Shown here piece after piece: positions 1-8,312 of a stretch of 40,000 nt of DNA. This stretch comes from Methanosarcina sp. 2.H.T.1A.6 (GTDB taxonomy: Archaea; Halobacteriota; Methanosarcinia; Methanosarcinales; Methanosarcinaceae). Each line of letters starts with the position of its first letter. Positions within the stretch are counted from its first letter, which is position 1. A model generated the notes under the pieces. The model was not told the DNA's origin. It ran no database searches and worked only from the letters and a program-made list of their open reading frames with translations. Location: contig NZ_JJOY01000052.1 of assembly GCF_000979455.1 (NCBI RefSeq), forward strand, positions 1-40,000, written 5' to 3'. A program made the position numbers and the translations under genes.

Positions 1-146
1 TTAAGTGTAGGTACATAAAGCGTGGAGTCATTCTCATTTGCAGGAACAACAATAATAGAGAGGGGTAGCCCCTCTAAATCTACTAAAACGCTTATTTTTA
101 CTCCTTTTACTTTCTTGTAGCCATCATAACCGATGTTTCCCCTTTT
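1..146 (-). CDS. IS5-family transposase, DDE catalytic part (orfB frame, -1 relative to orfA), 3'-partial at the window edge
   Basis: My own translation of the -1 frame from 146 downward gives KRGNIGYDGYKKVKGVKISVLVDLEGLPLSIIVVPANENDSTLYVPTL. This matches the first-Asp region of IS5-type DDE transposases. The frame opens exactly at the AAAAAAG run. Confidence 0.65.
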
Positions 147-466
147 TTAGCAGGAACATCCTTTGTATCAGTAAAGCAATGAGAAAGATCTATTTTCTTC
201 AAGTCATAACCTTTGTTTAAAAGTTCATTGAAAATCTTCTGATAGGTACCATGTTCACACAGGTAGAGATGAAATCTATGAACTGTTGACTTAGAGCCAT
301 AGATACGAGGAACATCTTTCCAAGTACAACCTGTTGTAACGACATACAAGATTCCATTCATTAACTTCCTTAAGTCTGCATGAGGCCGTCCTGTATGTGG
401 TTTCTGTGGAGGAAGATAAGGTTCTATGGATTTCCACAGATCATCATCGATTTCCTGAAAGGACAT
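107..466 (-). CDS. IS5-family transposase, N-terminal HTH part (orfA frame, DUF4096-like)
   Basis: 119-aa ORF with the pattern LWKSIEPYLPP...GRPHADLRKLMNGILYVVTTGCTWKDVP..YGSKSTVHRFH, typical of the N-terminal domain of IS4/IS5-type transposases. It ends just after an A6G run at 143-149. Confidence 0.8.
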   Translation of the reverse strand: MSFQEIDDDLWKSIEPYLPPQKPHTGRPHADLRKLMNGILYVVTTGCTWKDVPRIYGSKSTVHRFHLYLCEHGTYQKIFNELLNKGYDLKKIDLSHCFTDTKDVPAKKGETSVMMATRK

Positions 467-519
467 AATATTAAATATATAATTTCAACATAATATTAGT
501 TTCGGGATAGGCTCATTCA

Positions 520-1432
520 GTGTTTGTGCCACCTGATAAGGCTCAGGAGCTTACAGAGTTCTTTCAGGCTCTTAACCCTAATTGATATTCCATTACTTAA
601 ACCTGAGAAAAAGGATCTCTGGTTTTATGGAATTGCTTCTAAAAGGTATGCTCTATACTACTATGAGAATGAAAAAATCAAGTTCATGGAAGATGAAAGG
701 TCTTATAAGCTTCATGGGCTTGGGCATTTAACAAACCCATTTCCTAACTCAATTGAAGATTGGCAGGCTGAAATTTGGCAGGATATTCTTAAACTTCATT
801 ATGGGCTGATTACTGAAAGGGATATTGGGGATAAGTATTCTAATCTGTATGCAATTTCCAGGCTTACTGTTAGCACTTCCAATGTTTTGAACCGGTTTAA
901 GAAATTGAATGTGGGAAAAACTTGGAAAGAACAAATTAAACCTTTTAACTTCTTCCTTGTAGGATTTCAAGTAATTGAGGAAAATAGTAAGGCTGTTAAG
1001 CCTCTGGCTCCATTTACTAAGGATTATCAGAAGATAGTTTATGAGCCATTCATTGATTATGAATCTGGGGAAGTTAAGGAAGGATCTCAATATTTCAAAC
1101 CATTAAGCAGAACCATCTTGCAATATGTTGAGCATATGGAAAACAAGTTTGATGGAGAGAGAGGGGTTTTAAAAAGGAGAAATATTCAAGCTGATGTTTT
1201 AGTTTACATTGGGAAAGAAGCCAACAGCATTGAAGATCAGCCTTTAGATGTAACAGGGGCTCAGGTTTTCATCAATGAGGAAGAGATTAAACAGAAAATT
1301 TTGGCTTTAACCCCTGAAGAGGCAAGGAAACTAGGAATTAAGCATAGAAGCACTTTGAAAAGGATGAAAGATAGGATTATAAATTATGGGGGGATAAGTT
1401 TAAAAACTAAAGAGGTACAAAAGTTAATTTGA
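520..1432 (+). pseudogene. polB: Family-B DNA polymerase, C-terminal remnant (truncated by the IS; carries the same 5-nt deletion as copy X)
   Basis: The 302-aa ORF aligns along its length with the C-terminal ~300 aa of the 899-aa polB ORF at 14712-17411 (DIPLLKPEKKDLWFYGIASKRYALYYYEN...). At 520-585 the upstream frame reads VFVPPDKAQELTEFFQALNPN-stop, as in copy X. Confidence 0.9.
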
Positions 1433-1585
1433 GGGAAAGGTTGGAGAAACTAAGATTTATTACAGGAGTATGCTGAAAAAAATGAAAAGTGGAGTAAGGG
1501 AAGGGGACTTTTTTAAATACGAAAGAGATGAAGAAAATATTAAGTTCTAATTTTCTCAAATAAAAGTAAAAATATTGGTTAAGAT

Positions 1586-2749
1586 TTATGGATTATAGTA
1601 GTCTCTTTGATTGAAATGCGATTTACTATTTATCAATGTCAACTTTGAAAAGTTATTGAAATTGATTGCCGTATTGTAGTTTTCATCAGTTTTATTAGAA
1701 TCCATCCAATATAATATTTTTAATTCTTCAGGTAACAATTCATTAATTTTTTTTACAAAATCAACTGAAAGTTGCAATGATTCTACTAATGATTTTTCAT
1801 TTAACTTGAGCAATGGTTTTAATTCTGATTCTTTAGAAGAGGGGTCGATAAATGCAGAAGCATGTATGTACCTATCGCGGATATTAATAACTTCTTTATA
1901 TTTAGTAAACAATTCTCCAATCTTAGCATCATTTTTTATGTTAGGAAAAAGCTTAAAAAGAACTCGGTCAACGATTTCTTTATCTTGAATTTTTCTTTTA
2001 TTCATATCTAAGTTAATATTTTCATTATAAGACAAATTTTCTGTTATTGATAATAAAAGATCATAAAGATACGCTTCAACAAAGCTTACACACAAAATGA
2101 TTAAAGTCCTATGAAGAGCTCCTAATGAATAAGAATCATGTCTGTTTTGGTTATCTTTGAGATACTCATATTTATCTTGCATATCTTTTATATCCGTCTG
2201 GGAATTTGACAAATTTGTTCTTACATCCAGATAATAATTCCATTGCACTTTCAAATCATTAAAAAGTATATATTCAGGAAATGTTACAGTGATAGGTTGA
2301 TCCAAGCTGAACTGCACCCAATGGTGATCGGTTAAGCAAGATATTCCATAATATTTGTTGACATCAAAAATTTGAGAAATTTCCTTTATTTGAAATAAAG
2401 AGATTTCATTGTTGTCTATTTCTTTTAATCTACATCTTAAGAAAGTGATTACATTACCCAAAAATATATTATCGTATGGCTTCTTGAAATGGGAGTTTTC
2501 TAGACTTGAATTAACATTTGTTGAGATAATTTTGAATACTAAATCAACATCTGTTTTTTTAGGGGGGGATTTTAAGAACGATATTAAAAATCGTATATTA
2601 TCACATTGCATATCTGTATAATGTTTCCCATAGATAATGTTTATAAAGATACCGCATATTGCATATTTATATAATTTCTTATATGTACCCGACGTTTTCT
2701 TAAGTCTACGATGACTAATCAAATCTAATAAAAAAATTTCATCCTTCAT
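1586..2749 (-). CDS. Hypothetical cargo protein, possible C-terminal HEPN-like domain
   Basis: 387-aa ORF in the polB-proximal cargo slot of casposon W. The only recognisable signature is an Rx4H motif (NIRDRYIHASAF) in a helical C-terminal region, preceded by FVEAYLYDLLL. No other family is recognised. Confidence 0.6.
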   Translation of the reverse strand: MKDEIFLLDLISHRRLKKTSGTYKKLYKYAICGIFINIIYGKHYTDMQCDNIRFLISFLKSPPKKTDVDLVFKIISTNVNSSLENSHFKKPYDNIFLGNVITFLRCRLKEIDNNEISLFQIKEISQIFDVNKYYGISCLTDHHWVQFSLDQPITVTFPEYILFNDLKVQWNYYLDVRTNLSNSQTDIKDMQDKYEYLKDNQNRHDSYSLGALHRTLIILCVSFVEAYLYDLLLSITENLSYNENINLDMNKRKIQDKEIVDRVLFKLFPNIKNDAKIGELFTKYKEVINIRDRYIHASAFIDPSSKESELKPLLKLNEKSLVESLQLSVDFVKKINELLPEELKILYWMDSNKTDENYNTAINFNNFSKLTLINSKSHFNQRDYYNP

Positions 2750-2920
2750 AAATTATCTATTTATTTTTAACATATTAAAATATAAAAAGTTGTTTAGTCT
2801 TTGTTAATAAAAATTTGAAAGTAATCCCCTTTTGGAAATTTATATACTGCAAAACAGCGTACAAAAACGGAATTTTTATTATTTATTCTTTATAAAAAAC
2901 AGAGCGATATTTAGTCAAAT

Positions 2921-2992
2921 GAACTTTTAGATATACGGTTGTGCATAAATCTCACAAAACAGCGTTGCGTTTTTTTAAGTTACCTATATCCC
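2921..2992. repeat. Terminal inverted repeat of casposon W (polB-proximal end)
   Basis: ...AACTTTTAGATATACGGTTGTGCATAA...CAGCGTTGCGTTTTTTTAAGTTACCTATATCCC is the reverse complement of the X left TIR at 3007-3078 and resembles 13226-13300. Confidence 0.85.
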
Positions 2993-3006
2993 AAAAGAAG
3001 AGTGCG

Positions 3007-3078
3007 GGGATATAGGTAACTCAAAAAAACGCAACGCGTGTGTACTGATTATGCACAACCGTATATTTTCAAAAGTTA
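3007..3078. repeat. Left terminal inverted repeat of casposon X
   Basis: GGGATATAGGTAACTCAAAAAAACGCAACGC...TTATGCACAACCGTATATTTTCAAAAGTT is inverted with respect to 13226-13300 (X right end) and 2921-2992 (W). Confidence 0.85.
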
Positions 3079-3172
3079 CATCACTAAAAATTAGTTTATT
3101 ATTATAATTCATATTAAATAATTGGTTTAAATTTTTTTGGGTTTAACATTTTCAGTTTAAGATCTAATTAAT

Positions 3173-4345
3173 TCATGTGCTGAGTTCATTGTAATCAACA
3201 TTTTCTAATCCAAACAAAAAATCTAACATAAGGTATGTCCTAATTAAATGATCTTTTCTTCCATACTTTACATATTCGCCATGCATTATCTTATGTCTAC
3301 TTAGTCCAAAGGGGTTTTCAAGCTTTTGTTTTGTGTAAGCTGTTTGAAAAAGAGTATTAAGAATAAAATTATTCCCTATTCCTAAAGCTGCCGACGACAT
3401 CGAACCATTGGGCAATGAATATTCAATGATATTTGGGTCAAATATATCTTTGAAAATTTTGTTTCGATTACTAATTCTCCAATTATTCTTGTTCATTTTG
3501 TCTGTCCAAACTAAACCCTTTCCTTTTTGTATAATGGTAAATTCATTTTGAATAAGGTAATCTGTGAGAATGCCATCTATTTGAGAAATTAATGTTGGAA
3601 TCAAAAAGTTTGAAGGATTATAACTATTGTGAGAGTGTTTCAATAGATTATAACTATCTCTAAATATCTTCATTCTTGGTTTGAATAAAGTGTTCTCTTC
3701 CCAAGATTCAATCATAGAGGCTAATTTCTCAAAATTATTTCTTGAAAAGTAGTTAATAAACTCTTGACGTATTTCTTTTCCCAATTTTCCTGAAGGGTTT
3801 TCGATTGTTCGTGAAAAGTTCAAAATGAAATCATCTTCTAATGAAACCGTTATAAACCAATTATGTTTTTGTAATATAGGTATAATTTTTGAATCAACGC
3901 TATCAACAAAAGAAAGACGTTTATTCACAAAATCAAAAAGCTGTACATTTGTTTTTACCCAATTATCGAAAACTAGTTCTTTCGAAATTAAATTTGATAG
4001 TTTTATATGTGCATCTTCAATTGCCTTGAACATTGAAGGAGAATAAACTTCTGAAAGGCTCTTTTGTGCATCTTCAATTACCTTAAACGTTGAAGGGAAA
4101 ATGACTTCTGAAAACCTCTTATGGGCATCTTCAATTACCTTAAACGTTGAAGGGAAAATGACTTCTGAAAACCTCTTATGGGCATCTTTAATTGTTTTAG
4201 TTGCCAGAGCATTCTGATATTCAGGAGAGTAAATGTTGGTTTTCTCTTTTTTACTATCTAAAGTATTAGTTTCTTCAGATTTTGTATCAATATTCCCTTT
4301 TTTATTATCTGAAGTATTAGTTTCTTCATTTAAGTCGTCAGACAT
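3173..4345 (-). CDS. Hypothetical cargo protein with N-terminal 19-aa tandem repeats; possible C-terminal HEPN-like motif
   Basis: 390-aa ORF with a low-complexity Lys/Glu/Thr-rich N-terminus and repeats IEDAHKRFSEVIFPSTFKV (x2 perfect plus degenerate copies). The C-terminus has GLSRHKIMHGEYVKYG (Rx4H followed by G). It occupies the same slot as 1586-2749 and 13623-14609 but is unrelated in sequence. Confidence 0.65.
   Translation of the reverse strand: MSDDLNEETNTSDNKKGNIDTKSEETNTLDSKKEKTNIYSPEYQNALATKTIKDAHKRFSEVIFPSTFKVIEDAHKRFSEVIFPSTFKVIEDAQKSLSEVYSPSMFKAIEDAHIKLSNLISKELVFDNWVKTNVQLFDFVNKRLSFVDSVDSKIIPILQKHNWFITVSLEDDFILNFSRTIENPSGKLGKEIRQEFINYFSRNNFEKLASMIESWEENTLFKPRMKIFRDSYNLLKHSHNSYNPSNFLIPTLISQIDGILTDYLIQNEFTIIQKGKGLVWTDKMNKNNWRISNRNKIFKDIFDPNIIEYSLPNGSMSSAALGIGNNFILNTLFQTAYTKQKLENPFGLSRHKIMHGEYVKYGRKDHLIRTYLMLDFLFGLENVDYNELST
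4011..4190. repeat. 57-bp coding tandem repeat (about 3.3 copies) inside the 390-aa cargo gene
   Basis: 4068-4124 and 4125-4181 are identical. 4011-4067 is a diverged copy and 4182-4190 starts a partial copy. Confidence 0.9.
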
Positions 4346-4421
4346 ACCTAATAAAGTTTGAATTTAATCTATTTAAGTTATTCTTTATTTAGAGAAAGAT
4401 AAATATCTAATATTAAATTCA

Positions 4422-7089
4422 TTAATATTCATTTACAAGTTTCTTTACTTCTTTCGTGTCCAAGTTCATCTTACTATCTCTCTTAACTCTATCTTTCATT
4501 CTCTTCAATGTACTTCTATGTTTGATTCCGAATTCCCTAGCCTCTTCAGGAGTTAAAGCCAAAATCTTCTGTTTAATCTCTTCCTCATTCACGAAAACTT
4601 GAGCCCCAACAATATCTAAAGGCTGATCTTCAATGCTGTTGGCTTCTTTCCCAATGTAAACTAAACCATCAGCTTGAATATTTCTCCTTTTTAAAACCCC
4701 TCTCTCTCCATCAAACTTGTTTTCAAGATGCTCAACATACTGCAAAATTGTTCTGCTTAATGGTTTGAAATATTGAGATCCTTCCTTAACTTCTCCTGTT
4801 TCATAATCAATAAATGGCTCATAAACTATCTTCTGATAATCTTTTGTAAATGGAGCCAGAGGCTTAACAGCCTTATCATTTTCTTCAATTGCCTGAAATC
4901 CTACAAGAAAGAAGTTAAAAGGTTTAATCTGTTCTTTCCAGTTTTTCCCTTCATTTAGCTTTTTAAACCTGTTCAAAACATTAGAAGTACTAACAGTAAG
5001 CCTGGAAATTGCATAAAGGTTAGAGTACTTATCTTGAATATCCTTTCCAGTAATCTGCCCATAGTGCAGTTTAAGAATATCCTGCCAGATTTCAGCCTGC
5101 CAATCTTCAACCGAGTTAGGGAAAGGGTTTGTTAAATGCCCAAGTCCATGAAGCTTATAAGATCTTTCATCTTCCATGAACCTGATTTTTCCATTCTCAT
5201 AGTAGTATAAAGCATACCTTTTAGAAGCAATACCATAAAACCAGAGATCCTTTTTCTCAGGTTTAAGTAATGGAATATCAATTAGGGTTAAGAGCCTGAA
5301 AGAACTTCGCAAGCTCCTGAGCCTTATCGGGAGGCACAAACACAGAGTCAGTATCCATGTAAGCGTGAATTGCTCCAAGCTCTTTCAACTTGGCTTCAGC
5401 CATTGTTAAGAAAAGCCTGGCTCCTGATGTAATCATAACAGCCAGAAGAGGATGAAAATACTTCCCTGACTTCTCAAACCTGTTTTCTTTTGTAACGAAA
5501 TTCTCAAGCCCATAAACCTGAAACTCACTTTTCCTATCTTCTGGGTTAAGCTCAATAAAGATTCCATAACTGAGAGCATTTACAAGGATCTTGATAGCCT
5601 GGGCTCTGCTTGATAGATGTTGAAATTCAGGATCATTTTTATCTGTCTTTTTTGACCTTTCCTTAATTTTCTGCCTCTCTTCTACAAGAACCTGAACAAT
5701 GTTATCCTTTGACGGATCAATGTCAACTCCAAGAATCCTGGATTTCCTTAACCCCTTCTGTACTTCTTTAGGAATAAATTTTACAGCTTCTTTGATCTTT
5801 GGAGCCTTGCCAGCAAGGAGATATGAGCCTATAACATCCGGTAAAGAGTACCACATCTCAGAGTTAGAACTCAGATAATTGATTCCTACGTTAAACCCTG
5901 TATTATTTCCTTTGTAATCCATCCTTACAGGTAAATTATCATTATCAGGCTGAATCTTGACCATAACAACAAGCTTTTTCCATGTATCCTGTTTCTGAAG
6001 GTCTGAAAGCTTCAGTTTTGAGATAAACTCCCTGGTTTCTTCTGTGATGTCTTGAATTTCCAGGCTCTCAGCTATGATGTATTTCCAGAGGTTCATTTCC
6101 ATTGTAACTGTGGGATACATGCTTGTAAAATCCAGAACATTAACCTTTGTTGGCTCCTTCCTTATTTTACATTCTGTTCTTCCCCCAAAATAGGAAGTCA
6201 TCATGTTTCCAATAGCTGAATCTGGAAACTCTGGATTCATTTCCAAGAATGGCTTAACCCCTAACTGGCTGAGAGCATGTTTTCCAATGGAAGCAGAGCT
6301 AAAGATCTTTGTTATGGGTATATGGATCTGATAAACGTCAAGCTCCTTAACAAGTGCCTTATATACAGCCTGGGTGGTTTCAACATCCTTTACCAGATAT
6401 TCAATATACTTTTCAGTAACCTTTCCATGCTTAACCTCTTTCATCTTCTGAACAGGCGTGTTAAGCTTCTCTCCTGCTCTCTCAAGGGAAATATGGTTTG
6501 ATTGAAGGAGAACTTCAGCCAGCCTTTGAGTATCCAGGAAATATCCTGAAAAATAGCTCTCTCCTTTGTTCTGCTTGGTAGTGGTAAACTTAAAGCTGTT
6601 AGAATAGCCAAGCTTCCTGATGATTACAGGAGGCTTAAAGGGATCCTTTGAGAGGGTAAGGGTAAAGCCTCCTCTGTTCCTTTCTCTTGAATCTCCTGAT
6701 CTTTTAGCTATCCTGCTTATATCAAAAGCCAGGTTATACCCATTGCAGAGGGTTTTAAGCTCAAAGACTTCAGGATAAAATACATTGTCTATAAACTCAT
6801 CCAAGCGGTACAGGTTTAAGTTATGGTTTCTTGAATAGGCTTCCAGTATCTTTATTTCTCTCTCATTAAGGGTAGTTGGATCATGGAATAAACCATCATG
6901 CTGAATAACTCCATCCTGGTAAATCTGGAAGTATCCGATCTTGAAATTTTGATACTGGTCGGTTGTGGTTTCAGTATCAAAAACCAGTACCCTGTTATGC
7001 CTGAGAGAAGTATCATAACGCCTAAAGCTCCTGTATCCTTCTTTTTTCTCAAGCCTCTGAGTATATCCTCTGACTGCAACTTTAGACAT
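4422..7089 (-). pseudogene. polB: Family-B DNA polymerase of casposon X, split by a frameshift near 5280-5290
   Basis: Two overlapping ORFs (5278-7089 and 4422-5378) together cover the full intact Y polB. Relative to Y (AACCCCTATAAAATTGAT), X reads AACCCTAATTGAT, a 5-nt deletion that gives LNPN-stop. All Exo and Pol motifs are otherwise present. Confidence 0.85.
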
Positions 7090-7414
7090 TTTGCATCATC
7101 TCATTTCCAACATCAATTAGTTGAGTTCCTAATTCTGTTAGTAAAGCACCGATAGATACAATCTGAAAAGCTCTCTTTTGTTCAGGAGAGGCATTCCCAG
7201 ATCTGGCTTTTGGGCTTAGCTTATTCTGTTCCCTTGTTATCTTGGAATGGCAGTTTTTACAGAGAGGCTGAACCTGGTCTGAATTGTTCCGCCCATAGGG
7301 ATGATGCATTTCAATTACATCTGGGTCATCTTCCCCACAGATAACACAGCAAAGAGAAGTTTTTCGGTTTCTCTTCTGTTTGTTCAAAGTTTTCTTATAT
7401 GCTTCTTTATCCAT
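7082..7414 (-). CDS. HNH endonuclease (casposon core)
   Basis: CCVICGEDDPDVIEMHHPYGRNNSDQVQPLCKNCHSKIT is an HNH/zinc-finger signature. Its stop overlaps the polB start by 8 nt, as in copy Y. Confidence 0.85.
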   Translation of the reverse strand: MDKEAYKKTLNKQKRNRKTSLCCVICGEDDPDVIEMHHPYGRNNSDQVQPLCKNCHSKITREQNKLSPKARSGNASPEQKRAFQIVSIGALLTELGTQLIDVGNEMMQNV

Positions 7415-7426
7415 AGTTTCCCCTCC

Positions 7427-8065
7427 TCAATGCTGATAGATTTCCAAAAATTCAGGCTCTTCCTGGGCTTCCAGGATCTCATAGAGCTTATCAAGGTCAG
7501 TTTCAAAATGGTGGACTTTGCCTTCAGCATCCACTATTTGAATATCCTTGAACTTGGCAAGAACAGAAGGATCATTGTTTTTTGTAGCCTTGTAAACACT
7601 GGCAAAATATTCTCCAATCAAAGACCTATCCTTAGAACTGGCTGTAACAATCGTTTTTTGTCCTTCTGTGGAGTAGATCAGCATATTGACCTGGATAGTA
7701 TCGGCTTTTGTGACCTTCCAGGTTCCTCCTGACTTGTACAGGTTCTTTCCAAGATGCTTGACTGCAAATTCGGGTCTTTTGCCTATTTTTTCAAGTACAG
7801 AAGAAAGGTTTTCTCCTTTTCACATTTTCCTTGAAATTTGAAGAGATAGGGTTCTATCTCTCTTATCCTGGGCTGAAAGAGTTTTCCAGGCTACCTGGCT
7901 TAGATCAAAATCTCCGATCTTGAGTTTTCTAAGTTGGCTGAGGCTCCGATCAGGGAAAAACTTGTGTTTCCTGATGATTTCTTTTGCATATTTTGTATCT
8001 CTGGACTGAGCCTTGAGCCATTCTCCATAGGTTCTACATTCTTTGGAAAATCTTGGTCTGCTCAT
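7427..8065 (-). pseudogene. Casposon core gene ORF212 homolog interrupted by a single in-frame TGA (7820-7822)
   Basis: ORFs 7820-8065 and 7427-7684 are in the same frame, and the frame is open between them. Y reads GAA ATG AGA AAA GGT where X reads AAA ATG TGA AAA GGA. Confidence 0.75.
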
Positions 8066-8211
8066 CTTTCAGCCTCCATCATTCTGATAAAAGCTGTTCT
8101 CATAACTTCAGCCTGAGAACATCCGTATTTTTCTGCCTTCTGTACCAATTTCTCCTTAAGGTAAGGAGATAACGTTATCAATACTCTGTCTTTTGTATCT
8201 TTTGTATTCAT
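8062..8211 (-). CDS. Ribbon-helix-helix (CopG/Arc-like) DNA-binding protein, 49 aa (below the ORF-track cutoff)
   Basis: My own translation gives MNTKDTKDRVLITLSPYLKEKLVQKAEKYGCSQAEVMRTAFIRMMEAER. The beta-strand plus two helices pattern is typical of RHH proteins. The stop overlaps the ORF212 ATG (ATGA), and the gene is conserved at 18357-18497. Confidence 0.7.
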   Translation of the reverse strand: MNTKDTKDRVLITLSPYLKEKLVQKAEKYGCSQAEVMRTAFIRMMEAER

Positions 8212-8312
8212 GTAACTCACAATAAACAGTATGCATTACTAGGTATTGTACAGAATTGAGTATAACTTTAAGTACAAGTTTGACGTATATTTTATATATA
8301 CTTGGGATCAAT
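8212..8312. promoter_or_regulatory. Divergent promoter region between the RHH operon and the wHTH-cas1 operon
   Basis: AT-rich 100-bp spacer with TATA-like boxes (TTTATATATA at 8291-8300, TATAACTTTAAG near 8264). The same arrangement is conserved at 18498-18600. Transcription start sites cannot be determined from sequence. Confidence 0.4.

Larger units (their letters stand above)
1..518 (-). mobile_element. IS5-family insertion sequence, partial (runs off the left window edge), inserted into the polB of a casposon remnant
   Basis: Transposase frames occupy 1-466 on the minus strand. Similarity of the flank to casposon polB (compare rc of about 5300-5345 and 15620-15660) starts abruptly at about 519-521, so the IS end lies near 505-518. 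The exact terminus is not definable because the other IS end is outside the window. Confidence 0.75.
520..2992. mobile_element. Casposon W remnant (inverted relative to X and Y): polB 3' fragment, cargo gene, terminal inverted repeat
   Basis: A polB C-terminal fragment about 90 percent identical by eye to the X and Y copies, followed by a cargo ORF and a TIR ending ...GTTACCTATATCCC at 2992. The rest of the element is displaced by the IS and lies outside the window. Confidence 0.75.

Noticed and set aside
749-1090. 113-aa antisense ORF recurring at 4773-4958 and 15063-15404
   Set aside because: It lies entirely antisense within polB. It recurs only because polB is present three times, and its sequence is low-complexity Leu/Ile/Phe/Asn-rich, typical of antisense AT-rich frames.
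7301-7732. Plus-strand ORF (and 17596-17832) overlapping the HNH and ORF212 genes
   Set aside because: It is antisense to well-supported minus-strand genes, has no motif, and is conserved only through duplication of the underlying genes.
8256-8312. Longer N-terminus for the wHTH protein (ORF-track starts at 8256 and 18517)
   Set aside because: The extension begins at non-ATG codons inside the divergent promoter/TATA region and encodes hydrophobic low-complexity sequence. MKKKEYDFDTE at 8313 / 18601 is the first ATG shared by both copies.
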